From positions 46,438,001 to 46,502,000 of the forward strand of contig NC_043005.1 of the NCBI RefSeq assembly GCF_006345805.1: a stretch of DNA of 64,000 nucleotides. The letters run 5' to 3'. Under the pieces are notes generated by a model. That model made no database searches, was not told the origin of the DNA, and saw only the letters and a list, made by a program, of their open reading frames with translations. This document shows positions 25,131 through 35,952 of the stretch, piece after piece. Origin of the DNA: Octopus sinensis. Taxonomy: Eukaryota. How positions within the stretch are numbered: position 1 is the first letter of the stretch; the number at the start of each line of letters is the position of its first letter. A program made the translations under genes and the position numbers.

Positions 25131-25356
25131 CAACTTATAAACAAGGGCAATAGAAAAATTATTTCAATGCCAATATGCTGAGAGCAGACTTTAAATCGCC
25201 ATTTTCCACATTACAATATACATTCACTATAAATGCATGTCGTGCTGAAATCGAGGAAAGCGAGCTAACAGAATTTCTTTAAAAAGTTCGTTATTTCTAT
25301 ATTGAATCAATTTCGGGATTAATCCTATGGATTTTCCCTCTTCAGTAGAAAATACG
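25131..25356 (-). mobile_element. ~225-bp HHR-bearing non-coding element between TA tracts
   Basis: TA repeats on both sides, an HHR at its 5' end, and a 3' portion homologous to both arms of the palindrome at 49662-49967. Confidence 0.75.
25294..25351 (-). ncRNA. Type I hammerhead ribozyme
   Basis: Minus strand TTTCTA-CTGAAGA-GGGA-a-AATCC-ata-GGATT-aa-TCCC-GAAA-TTG-att-CAAT-A-TAGAAA: canonical core, 6-bp stem I, long stem II, 4-bp stem III, AUA triplet. Confidence 0.85.
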
Positions 25357-25592
25357 ATATATATATATATATATTTCGTTTTTGGATTTGGTTTGCAAGA
25401 TTCTTTATGTGAGTTCGTGTGTTGAAGCATATTCTGTTGTGTCTGGGGAGAGTCATTTTCTTTTTGTGCCTTATAATTTAACACACTCACCGGTAAAATT
25501 TCCACTAATTTCTTATTTTTATTTTCCTAAAATTTTCGTTGCGTCTTGCAGCCTTTTCAATAGGCTTAACTCAAGACTCTTGAAAAGGTTGC

Positions 25593-25637
<45 letters not shown>

Positions 25638-25680
25638 TATTATTATTATTATTGTTGTTGTTGTTGTTGTTGTTGTTGTT

Positions 25681-25855
25681 AAGGCGGCGAGCTACTGGAA
25701 TCATTAGAACGCCGGACAAAATGCTTAGCGGCATTTCACCCGTCGCTTCGTTCTGAGTTCAAATTCCGCCGAGGTCGACTTTGCCTTTCGACCTTACGAG
25801 GTCGATAAATGAAGTACCAGTGAAACACTGGTTCGATATAATCGACTCGCTCTTG
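25681..25855 (+). mobile_element. SINE type B inserted in an (ATT)n/(GTT)n array
   Basis: aaggcggcgagctactggaatcattagaacgccgg...gttctgagttcaaattccgccgaggtcgac; trinucleotide arrays at 25594-25680 and 25862-25935. Confidence 0.85.
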
Positions 25856-25876
25856 TGGAAAAATTATTATTATTAC

Positions 25877-25921
<45 letters not shown>

Positions 25922-26955
25922 TACTATTACTGTTGTTTTTATTAATTATATTGAAACGACGCGAAAAGGTTTTGACATCTACTACTGCTATTAAGCTCAA
26001 TGCTGAGAAAATCTGTCTGCTTGTCAGTCTATCTGTCTCTCTCATTCTGTCTCATTCTTTCTATCCAGCTCTCTTTTTCTGTCTCTGTCGTTTCTTTCCT
26101 GCTCCCCCTCTCTCTCCTTCTCTCTCTCTCTCTCCCTTCTGCTTTCTTTCCGCTTCTCTGTTTCTCTCTATACGCGGTCTGAGACTTCAGCAACTCCAAT
26201 CATAGCTGAGACCCGGGATGGATGAATGCCAATGGATTTGTGATTTCAATTAGCAACGCAAGCCACTGGGACACAGTCTAACTGCAGGGGCTGTGCAACC
26301 AGAGTGCAGCATGCAGCACTGCAGCAGCGGGTCATTTTGATTACTTCTGGGCCGATCTCATTCCAACTGGGCCGGGTGTGTGTATATGTGTGCGTGTTTG
26401 TGTCTGTGTGTGCAAGAAACATAGCCATGAACGAATATTTGCGTGCACGCACTTATACATATCAAGTCCCCCCCTCTCTCTCTCTCTTTCCCGCTATGTC
26501 TTGTGCACAATACACACATATATACGCACACACACCTTCACAACCACCTCAAAAATAAAGAGAACTGCTATGACGAAAAATACATTTACATACGCTGATA
26601 ATTGTATTTCGCAACACACAGATACGCAAATTTATCGAGACGATAATCATGAATCCAATTTATTCATGTATAGAAATAATGAGATTATAAAATAACACTG
26701 CACACAAACACATAATATTACATACACACATATACATACCTGTATATGCATAGAAGCATATACGTAAACATGCACATATACACACATAAACACACACATT
26801 TGTAAATACATGCTGACTTTATACACATGTACTTGTATAATTGGACGTGTCTAGATATTCGTTTAATATCACTCTTAGACATCTCAAAATTCAATGCTGG
26901 ATACATTCATACATACATACATACATACATACCATACGTACATAAATACATATAT

Positions 26956-26990
<35 letters not shown>

Positions 26991-27020
26991 TTTATTTGGG
27001 ATTTGTCATGTGATGTAAAC

Positions 27021-27063
27021 TTTTCTGATGAGATCCCAAAAAGGGTCGAAAATCGATTGAGGC
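27021..27063 (+). ncRNA. Hammerhead-like relic, probably inactive
   Basis: CTGATGA-GATCC-caaaaa-GGGTC-GAAA with palindromic AATCGATT stem III, but position 17 is G and stem I is weak. Confidence 0.45.
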
Positions 27064-27650
27064 TGTTCACAATTTTTTTTTCAATCTACAGAGAAAATAG
27101 GTAAATTCGACCTGCTTCTATGTCGACAACGTAGATTTACATGCGTGCGTGTGCGCGACTCTCTCTCTCTCTCTCTCTCTCATCGTTATTATGTTTATCT
27201 TTTGTATGTCCAAATTTGGTCAGATGCGCTTCTTTTTCAATATTTAATTTTACTTGCAACAACCGGTTCTTTTGGTCAAACTATCATATCTCCAGCTGCT
27301 TCAAATGACAGGATATGAAAATTATCAAAGTGTAATACAATGGTTTAGCATTTTTCAAAAGTGTAGTAAGTCACACATACAACAATTTCGCAAAAAAATT
27401 TCTGACTGAAAGTGTCATACATGCATGGAGTTACGATTTTATGCAACCAACAAAGTATTATTGGTAAGTTGAAACTGTTGTTAATGTAAAAAGAAGTGGA
27501 ATGGTGAAACTATTACTTTGTTTTCTGAAAAAGCAACATTTTGAACTTCAGACACTTTTGCATAATACCAACGATATATGCTTGTTGTTTATACACCTGT
27601 CTTCGTCTTTTGTTTTCCTGTAAATTTCATATATATATATATATATATAT

Positions 27651-29658
27651 TTGGCGTCGAAGGGAAAACGTGTCCGAGTCTACAACGAGGCAAAGCTGCA
27701 GGAAGCCATCATGCAGGAAGACTGGTGCCAAGGAGACGACATAGACGATGACTACAACTCACTGATAGGGAAACTGAAGGAGTGTTTAAGGAACGCTAAG
27801 GGTGTATGCCCAAGAGAAAAGAAGGGAAGAATCTCGGGAGAAATTACGAAGTTACTCGAGAAGAGTAAAAATATGAAGAGGACTATTGAAGATCACCTTG
27901 AATATTCCATTCTCAGCAGAGTGATTCGTCAGCAACTAAAGAAAGACTTTGAGGCATACCGGATGGAGAAGCTCTTGAAGGCCGCAGAGGAAAAGAAGAG
28001 CCCCAAGAAATGCAAGAGGGACATGGTGTTATATAGATCGGAGGTGACGGCCCTGAAAAATATAGATGGAATACCGGTCAACGAGAAGAGCGAGATGGAA
28101 AAAGTTTGTGAAGACTTCTACACCAAGCTCTTTAAGTCTACCAGAAATGTCCAGCCGTTACCACCACTCCAACAGGAAGAAAACGTGCCACCTATCCTTG
28201 TCAGTGAGGTTGAAAGAGCCATCGGCTCGATGAAAAACGGAAAGGCTCCAGGGAAAGACGGTATAACATCGGAGGTGCTAAAGTCAGGCAGAGAGCAGCT
28301 CTGGAAAATCCTCGCTGAGCGATTTACGCACTATCTAGACGAGGGAAGAATTCCCTCGCAGTGGAAAGAGTCAAATACCATCCTGCTGTATAAGATGGGC
28401 GACAGAGAAGATCTAAAGAACTACCGACCCATATGCCTGCTGTCTCACGTGTACAAGCTGTTCACGAACAACAACCGAGGGAGCAAGCAGGCTTCCGGAA
28501 GAACTACAACACAATGGAACATATATTTGCTCTAACGCAACTGCTTGAGCGAGCAAATGAGTACAAGCTGCCTCTTTGCGTTGCGTTTATAGATTATGAG
28601 AAGGCCTTCGATAGCGTCGAAACCAACGCAGTGCTGAACTCGCTGCAGAGGCAAGGAATCGAAGCGCAATATGTGCAGCTGCTCAGAGAGGCAAATTCCG
28701 GATGCACCACCGACATAGCTCTACTGTCATCACCCATACGAGTGCCGGTCGAGAAGGGAGTGAAGCAAGGAGATACAATCTCCCCAAAACTTTTCACTGC
28801 ATGTCTCGAACAGATCATGAGAGGCATCGAATGGCAAGGTGGTGTCAACATCAATGGCGAGCTCCTCACTCACCTCCGTTTCGCTGACGACATCGTACTC
28901 ATCGCTGAAAACATGGATCAGCTTCAGACCATGCTGACGGAGCTCGACATCAAAAGTTCTGCAGTAGGTCTCAAGATGAACCGCATGAAGACAAAGTTCA
29001 TGCGGTCAGACAATGTACCAACAGGTCGAATGGTGATCGGCAGTGATGAAATAGAGGAGGTGAGAGAATATGTCTACCTGGGACAAGAAGTAAATATGTG
29101 CCGAGATATCAAAAAGGAGATCTCACGGAGAGTAAGGGCCGGATGGAAGGCGTTCAATGGCATAAGGGATGTGCTCAAGGGAAGACTGGACAGGACCACC
29201 TGCGCCAACCAGTGCAGTTCTGCCTGCAATGTTATATGGTAGTGAAACATGGGCTACCACAAAGAGAGAAGAGCAAAGACTGGTAACGGCTCAAAGAGCC
29301 ATGGAAAGGTCAATGTTTGGTATCTCGTTGAGAGAGCACATAAGTAGCAAGATCATCAGAAAGAAGTCGGGCGTGAGAGATATCATCGCAGAGTATACAC
29401 GTAGCAAGTATAGATGGGCTGGACACGTCGCACGGCTCACCGATAATCGGTGGACGCACGCAGTTGTCGAGTGGTACCCGCGTGAGCGGAAAAGACCACC
29501 CGGAAGACCTCAACGGCGGTGGAGTTACGATTTCAGGAGGACGATTGGGATCACGTGGATGAGAAAGGCGCGATTCAGAGAGGAGTGGACGGCGTGCTGT
29601 GACCAGCAGTGTCAGATGGACGCCTGACGGACTGGTCGGTCAAAGTCAAGTCAAAGTC
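27651..29658 (+). mobile_element. RTE-clade LINE, 5'-truncated, reverse transcriptase with two internal deletions
   Basis: ORF pieces 27651-28535, 28433-29242 and 29169-29627 give PPILVSEV..GKAPGKDGI..NYRPICLLS..QAGFR..DYEKAFDS..GVKQGDTISPKLF..LRFADDIV..YVYLG..MLYGSETW..WAGHVAR..RPPGRPQRRW. (CAAGT)-like tail at 29641-29658, TA tracts on both sides, no endonuclease domain. Confidence 0.95.
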
Positions 29659-29669
29659 ATATATATATA

Positions 29670-30103
29670 CTCTTTTACTCTTTTACTGGTTTCAGTCATT
29701 TGATCGTGACCATACTGGAGCACCGCCTTTAGTCGAGCAAATCGATTCCAGGACTTATTCTTTGTAAGCCTGATATTCTACCGGTCTCTTTTGCCGAACC
29801 GCTAAGTTACGGGAACGTAAACACACCAGCATCGGTTGTCAAGCGATATGGTGGTGGTGGTGGGGAGACAAACACAGACACACAAACATAATTACAAACT
29901 CACACATATATATATATACACACACATATATACATATATACGACAGACTTCTTTCAGTTTCTGTCTACCAAATCAATTCACAAGGCTTTGGTCGGCCCGA
30001 GGCTATAATAGAAGACACTTGCCCAAGGTGCCACGCAGTTGGACTGAACCCAGAACCATGTGGTTCGTAAGCAAGCTGCTTACCACACAGCCAACCCTAC
30101 GCC
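29670..30103 (-). mobile_element. SINE type A, full length
   Basis: From the tail ctcttttactcttttactggtttcagtc to the head taccacacagccaaccctacgcc. Confidence 0.9.
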
Positions 30104-30701
30104 TATATATATATAATTTCTGCGACTTTACTCTGTTCCCTTTCTTTCTTTCTCTCTATCCCTCTACAATCCACTTTATTTTCCGTTTCTCCTCTCGTTC
30201 TTTGCTGTCCCCTGTCTATCTTCCTTCCACCCTTTACTATCTTTCGTTCCTTCTCCCTTCTCCTTACTTCCTTTGTTTCTTTCCCTCATCCTCTCTCTTT
30301 TCTCCCCTTTCCTCTGCTTGCTTGTTCCCACCTGACAATAGGCCATTTTTCTCACCTCTGTCTTGGGCGCGACGCATACTTAACTTGATGTCATTTCTTC
30401 TCGCCTCCCGACATTCTCTCTCTCTCTTTTTTTTTCTTCTACTATTTTCTTCTCTTATATTTATTCAATATCCTTTCAAAATGTCTCCCATGTGTTACCG
30501 ATTATAATGCGGCCCTTAATATTTGTCTTCACCGATTGTCTACTCTGTACGACCACCCTGTCGTTGTTTGTTCATTTGAAGCTCTAACTCACCATAAATT
30601 TTATATTTTTAAAATTTCTGGATGCTGCTGTTTAATGAAGTTTTCCTATATTGTCGTTGAAAGCTCAAAATAGGGACAACTGAGGAGGGGTTAGACTTCT
30701 T

Positions 30702-30788
30702 GAAGTACATGTTAACACATGGAAGATTCAAACAGAACGTGTAGAGAGCAAATTCTGATTGAATCTGCCATCTGTTAACATGTACTTC
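30702..30788. other. 87-nt hairpin with 30-bp arms (28/30 complementary)
   Basis: gaagtacatgttaacacatggaagattcaa (30702-30731) versus ttgaatctgccatctgttaacatgtacttc (30759-30788). Confidence 0.85.
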
Positions 30789-31013
30789 CTAGCGACAACG
30801 TAAACTTGTATTCTTATTCACATACCCGGCAACCCTAGTTGTCTTCCGTGAAGTATAAAAATGCCTACTTGTCTCTCATTATGTAGTTATGTTCTCTCAC
30901 ACGTTGGTGATGTCTGTTCTTATTGTTTATTTATTGGTAATTTGTCCTGTACTTATCGCTCTTGTGTCTACGTATTTTTCACTCGTTCGTGATGTCCTGC
31001 ATTTCATGTATTT

Positions 31014-31082
<69 letters not shown>

Positions 31083-31295
31083 CACACACACACACACACA
31101 CCACACACTCGGTTGCACTCGGCAACCCTAGTTGCCTACCGTGAAGTGTAAAAATACCTTTTTTCAGTTTATACTAAAGAAATCCACAACCTTCAGTCTC
31201 AACAAATCACTATTGTCGCTGCAAGTTGTTTTTATACTTACTACGGATTGCTTGAAACTAACTTTCTTCCTACATCTCGATACTTGGCTCTTATA

Positions 31296-31341
<46 letters not shown>

Positions 31342-31342
<1 letters not shown>

Positions 31343-32010
31343 TTAGAAAGTAATGTAATAAAACATTACGGGGGATATATTATAAATAATTGAGATTATT
31401 TATGAATATATCAATGGCCGAACATGTTATCCTAAAATTCAAAGCAGAAAAGCGTTCGTAATTATGAACAAGACACAAGTATAACTAAGAGGGTTAAAAA
31501 ACACTTACATGTTAAAAATAGCAGCCAAAACCGCTATAATGCCATTGTATTACTCATATTATTTTTTCTCGCGATAAAAACTGTCTTGACAAATAGAATC
31601 CACAATTTAAAATAACTGGTTAATTCTCTATTGCAATTTCGACGTCAGGGACCTCTTAAGGGACACATTCGTCTCGGCAGGAGAAATATTCCTATAAATA
31701 GAAATCAAATCAAGACTTTACTTTGGGGCTAGCGTGAATACCGTACGGCAAGAGAAATGTTTCAACATCTATCTACACATTCAAGTTTTGAATTCAAAGG
31801 CCATGCACAGCATTTATGAGAAAAGACCGGTACATTCGAGACACGGCAAAATCACTGGATATGAGTTGGGAAAATTTAAATAATTAGAAAGTAATGCATT
31901 AAACATTACGGAGGATATATTATAAATAATTAAGATTATTTATGAATATATCAATGGCCAAACATGTTATAAATAATCTTAATTATTTTTAATATATCCT
32001 CCGTAATGTC
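31342..32010. repeat. Element with an ~88-bp direct repeat and a terminal fold-back
   Basis: 31342-31430 is repeated at 31883-31970; 31971-32009 is the reverse complement of about 31903-31940. Confidence 0.85.
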
Positions 32011-32219
32011 ATATACGTATATATGTATATGTATATGTATGTATGTATGTATGTGTACGTAACAGCCTTCTTTAAGTTTTCGTCTACCACATCCACTCAC
32101 AAAGCTTTGAATGGCGCAGGTGCTGCGCAGAGGGACTGAACCCGGAAAGTAAACTTATGGAACAAGAAATTTTATAAATAATGTCATTGTTATAAAGCTT
32201 CTTCACTCTGTACTATCGC

Positions 32220-32261
32220 AACTGTCTGACGAGTAGTCACGTGAAACTCTTAGTAACAGTT
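32220..32261 (+). ncRNA. Type I hammerhead ribozyme, orphan, weak stem II
   Basis: AACTGT-CTGACGA-gtagtcacgt-GAAA-CT-ctt-AGT-A-ACAGTT: canonical core, perfect 6-bp stem I, 3-bp stem III with a 3-nt loop, GUA triplet; stem II poorly paired. Confidence 0.7.
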
Positions 32262-32841
32262 TATGAAGATATTTTCAGCTTTAATACAATATTTTAATAG
32301 TGGGACCTTTGGAAATTCCACAGAACGAAAATGAGTAAGAGAGGCTATTTAAGAAAGAAAGGATGATTTTTTTTCCCTAAGTTATTTCACTTCCAGTTAC
32401 AATAATATATGAGTTCCAAATTTCCCTCTGCGAAGAATTTTATATTTCTCTCTTTCTCTCTACATCCCCAACAAGCTTTTTAACCATGTAATTCCCCTCT
32501 TCATATCTAACATTTCTCTCTTTCTCTTCACATTTCCCTCCCCATCCTACAGCCTGTTATCAATACTTCTCTCTCCCACTTTTCTCTCACCGTCTTTTCT
32601 CTCGCTCTTCAAGTAACCATGTGATGTATTTCACTTTATTGTTCTCTTCTCTTTCTTCTCTACTCACATTTCCCCCTTCTCTCTCTCTCTCACACTTTTA
32701 CTCCACCTCTCACTCACTCACTCCACCTCTACTTCTCTAACTAAAATATAACAGGCAAACGAACAAGCAGATTATTATATTGATTCTACCTTTAGTATTC
32801 GAGTATTATTTTTCCACTTTGTTTTTGCACCTATGAGCATA

Positions 32842-32886
<45 letters not shown>

Positions 32887-33634
32887 TGTATGTGTGTGTA
32901 TGTGTGTGTATGTGTGTGTGCGTGTGTTTCTTTGTGCGTGTGTACGTGTGTTTATCAACCGGTGTTGGTGTGTTTTCGTCCCCGTAACTTAGCGGCTCGG
33001 CAAAACAGGCTGAAGGAATAAGTACTAGGCTTCAAATAAATAAATAAATAAATAAAAATTAATACTGGAATCGTTTCATTCGACTAAAAACTTCTTCAAG
33101 GTGGTGCCCTAACATGGTCGCTGTCTAATGACTGAAAGAAGGAAAAGATAAAAATTAAAAAGATAAAGTAAATGGAAATAAAACTGCCCAGCGTAAAGTA
33201 AATGAAAATTCTGTCAGTTTCGATAAGTGGTGTTCTGTAGACTGTCATAATTAATGCAATCTTTTGGCAAAATCAGCGTGACATCGAATATAATAACGCT
33301 AGTTCCTTGATATATATATATGTGTGTGTGTGTGTATGTGTGTGTGTGTGTGTGTATGTATATATGTATATATATATATGTAAATATATATGTGTATATA
33401 TTTATATATATTATATATATAATATATATGTATATATATATGTCTATATAATATATATATAATATATGTATATATATAATGTATATATATCTATATGTAT
33501 GTTGTGTGTGTCTATGTATATTTATTTATATATATGTGTTGTGTGTGTATATGTAATATATATATATAGATATATATATGTATATATATATCTATATATA
33601 TATAATATAATATGATATGTTATATATATATTAT

Positions 33635-35290
33635 GCACGGTCCGTGGACCGTGTATCTGCTCTCTCTCCCCGAACCCCGCCCTGTAGTCTCCCGCCTCCC
33701 TTTTCCCCTCACTTACCACCCCACGACCCTACGCTCCAACGCACCATTCTTCGAGCTTTCCGTCATCTCTCCAGTCCGACCCGTCCCTTCACACCTCTTC
33801 CCTAACCGACCCCTACCCCTCCCTTCTTTCAAACGAGCCCACAACCTTCGAGACCTGTTTGGTACATGCTCCTTCCCTGACCCTACCCTCCCACCCGTCT
33901 CGTTCCCCTGCCTCTCCCGCCCCGTTGCGCACTTGCCCTTACCTCTCCACACCACCCGTCTCACTAGCACCCACCATCGACCCTATCCCATCATCCACTC
34001 CTTCACCTGCACCTCCAGCAATATTATCTATTGCATCTCTTGCTCTCTCTGCAATTCCTTGTACATCGGACAAACGGGACGCCGCTTGGCTGACCGGTTC
34101 GCGGAACACCTTCGTGACATCCACCTTGCGAACGACACACCGGTCTCACGCCATTTCCGCTCCACCGGTCACTCCTTGCAACACCTATCTGTGTTCGGTT
34201 TGTCCTTACACAGAGGCCATCCGGATTCCCGTTTGCGCCGTGAACAGGAATTAATCTTCTCTCTTGCTCTTATACGCCATTTGGTCTCAACTCTCCCCCC
34301 CCCTCCTCTCTAACCCCCCCCCTCTCCCACCTCTCCACCTATCTTTCTCCCCCCGACCCCTACTCTTCAGTCCTTCATCCTTTCCATCCTTTCAATCCCC
34401 TACTCGCCTTCCCTTCTCCCTCTTTCTCCCTCCCTCTTCCCCTTCCTCTGCTCCCTCCACTCCCTCTCTCCCCCTCTCCCTCTTCTCCTTTATCCCCCTC
34501 CTCCCCTTCCTTCTCCCCCCCTCCTCTCCTCTTCCCTCTCTCCTTCTCCCCCTCTTCTTCCCCTCCCTTCTCTCCCCCCTCTTCCCCCCTCCCCCTCTTC
34601 TCCTCACTACACCACCACATGACTTTACACATCACATCACATATGATGTGCCATACTATACACACACCCAACTAATACATACTAATACGTACTAATACAT
34701 ACTAGTACAATACTAATACTTACACCAACCCTATACATACACACATCCAGACCCCGCATACGCACTTATACTCTCTCTCACACACACACACACATACCTA
34801 TACATACCAATACGTACTAATACATACTAAACATACTAATACATACACCAACCCCATACATACGCATGTCCAGACCAATCTTACGCACTAATACTCTCTC
34901 ATACACACACACACACCTTATACATACTAATACATGCACCAACCCTATACATACACACCATCCAGACCCCTCCCACGCACTTTTAGCTGGTCCCTCAACC
35001 CATTTATCAACCCTATTATCTCCCCTTATTTCGCTCTCGCATCTCATGTTTGATCTTTGACCTCTGGCCGAAATCAGATCGCCATGTTGATTCGTTAGCT
35101 ACTGCACGCATTTTTTTTCTCTCCTTCTTTCTGTGTTTTTCTCTCTCTGTGTATCTTTCTGTTGAAGAGCGTAGGCTCGAAACGTTAAAGACTTGTTTTT
35201 ATTTATATTTCCTGAGCGCCATACAATACAATTGTTCGTTTGTTTTCCACCTGCCTTCGTCTTTTGTTTATTTTCATAAAGCTTCCCGTT
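33635..35290 (+). mobile_element. Upstream 5'-truncated tandem copy (extended pLTR) of the Neptune PLE
   Basis: Near-identical duplicate of 38205-39902, including the Cys-rich linker, GIY-YIG region, low-complexity 3' region and HHR; preceded by (TA)n. Confidence 0.95.
35154..35191 (+). ncRNA. Minimal type I hammerhead ribozyme, A6U variant, in the upstream pLTR
   Basis: Same motif as 15363-15400: TCTTT-CTGTTGA-A-GAGC-gtag-GCTC-GAAAC-GTT-AAAGA. Confidence 0.7.
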
Positions 35291-35952
35291 ATATATTATG
35301 CGCTCACGTGGCTCACACTTTCATCCTATATCTACCAATACCACTATCAACATCACACTTACCTACCTTGGATTTTCTTTACCTCTTGGATACTTACCAT
35401 CGGCTGCACCTCTCTTTCGCGGATCAAAGTGACTTTGCATTGATGTGAAATCCTTAAAAAATATACCACGACGTCTACACATTTCTCTCACCTTGAACTT
35501 TCAACCTTGAACTTGTTCGCATAAACTGTCCCGTTTGTTGTATTTTTTATTTCTCTTATATTACCACTTTTTTTACATTCATTTCATGCTTCCCACATTT
35601 TCCTGAATTTTTGTTCTCCTTTCCGTCTTTCTTCTTCCCTCTCTGGATGTCCATACTCCGTTTCCTCTGCCTGCACCCCCCCTTTTTTTGCCTGCCCTCT
35701 CTCTGCTTCCCTTCTTTCTTTCCCTTTTCCGTTTGCCCCGTCTTTCTCTTTCTGCCCTATCGCTTACTTATCTAGTTGTTTTCATACGATTATTATTTTT
35801 TGTTTTTTTTGAACGTTTGTTTTTTCCCCTTTTTTTTCGCTATCCTTTTTTTTTTCTATTTTTTCATACGATAATTTTTGTTTTTTGTTTTTTTTTTTTT
35901 TTTTTCGAACGTTTTTTTTTTTTTTTTTTTTTTTTTTTTCCGCTATCCCATC

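Noticed and set aside
30105-30500. C/T-rich stretch, possibly an old LINE 3' end (similar tracts at 32400-32740 and, on the minus strand, 42580-43050)
   Set aside because: Too degenerate and low-complexity to assign to a family by eye.
34264-34695. Pro/Ser/Leu-rich and Gly/Glu/Arg-rich ORFs (also 38850-39248 and 43054-43599)
   Set aside because: Low-complexity CT/GA tracts in the PLE 3' region or microsatellite; not coding.
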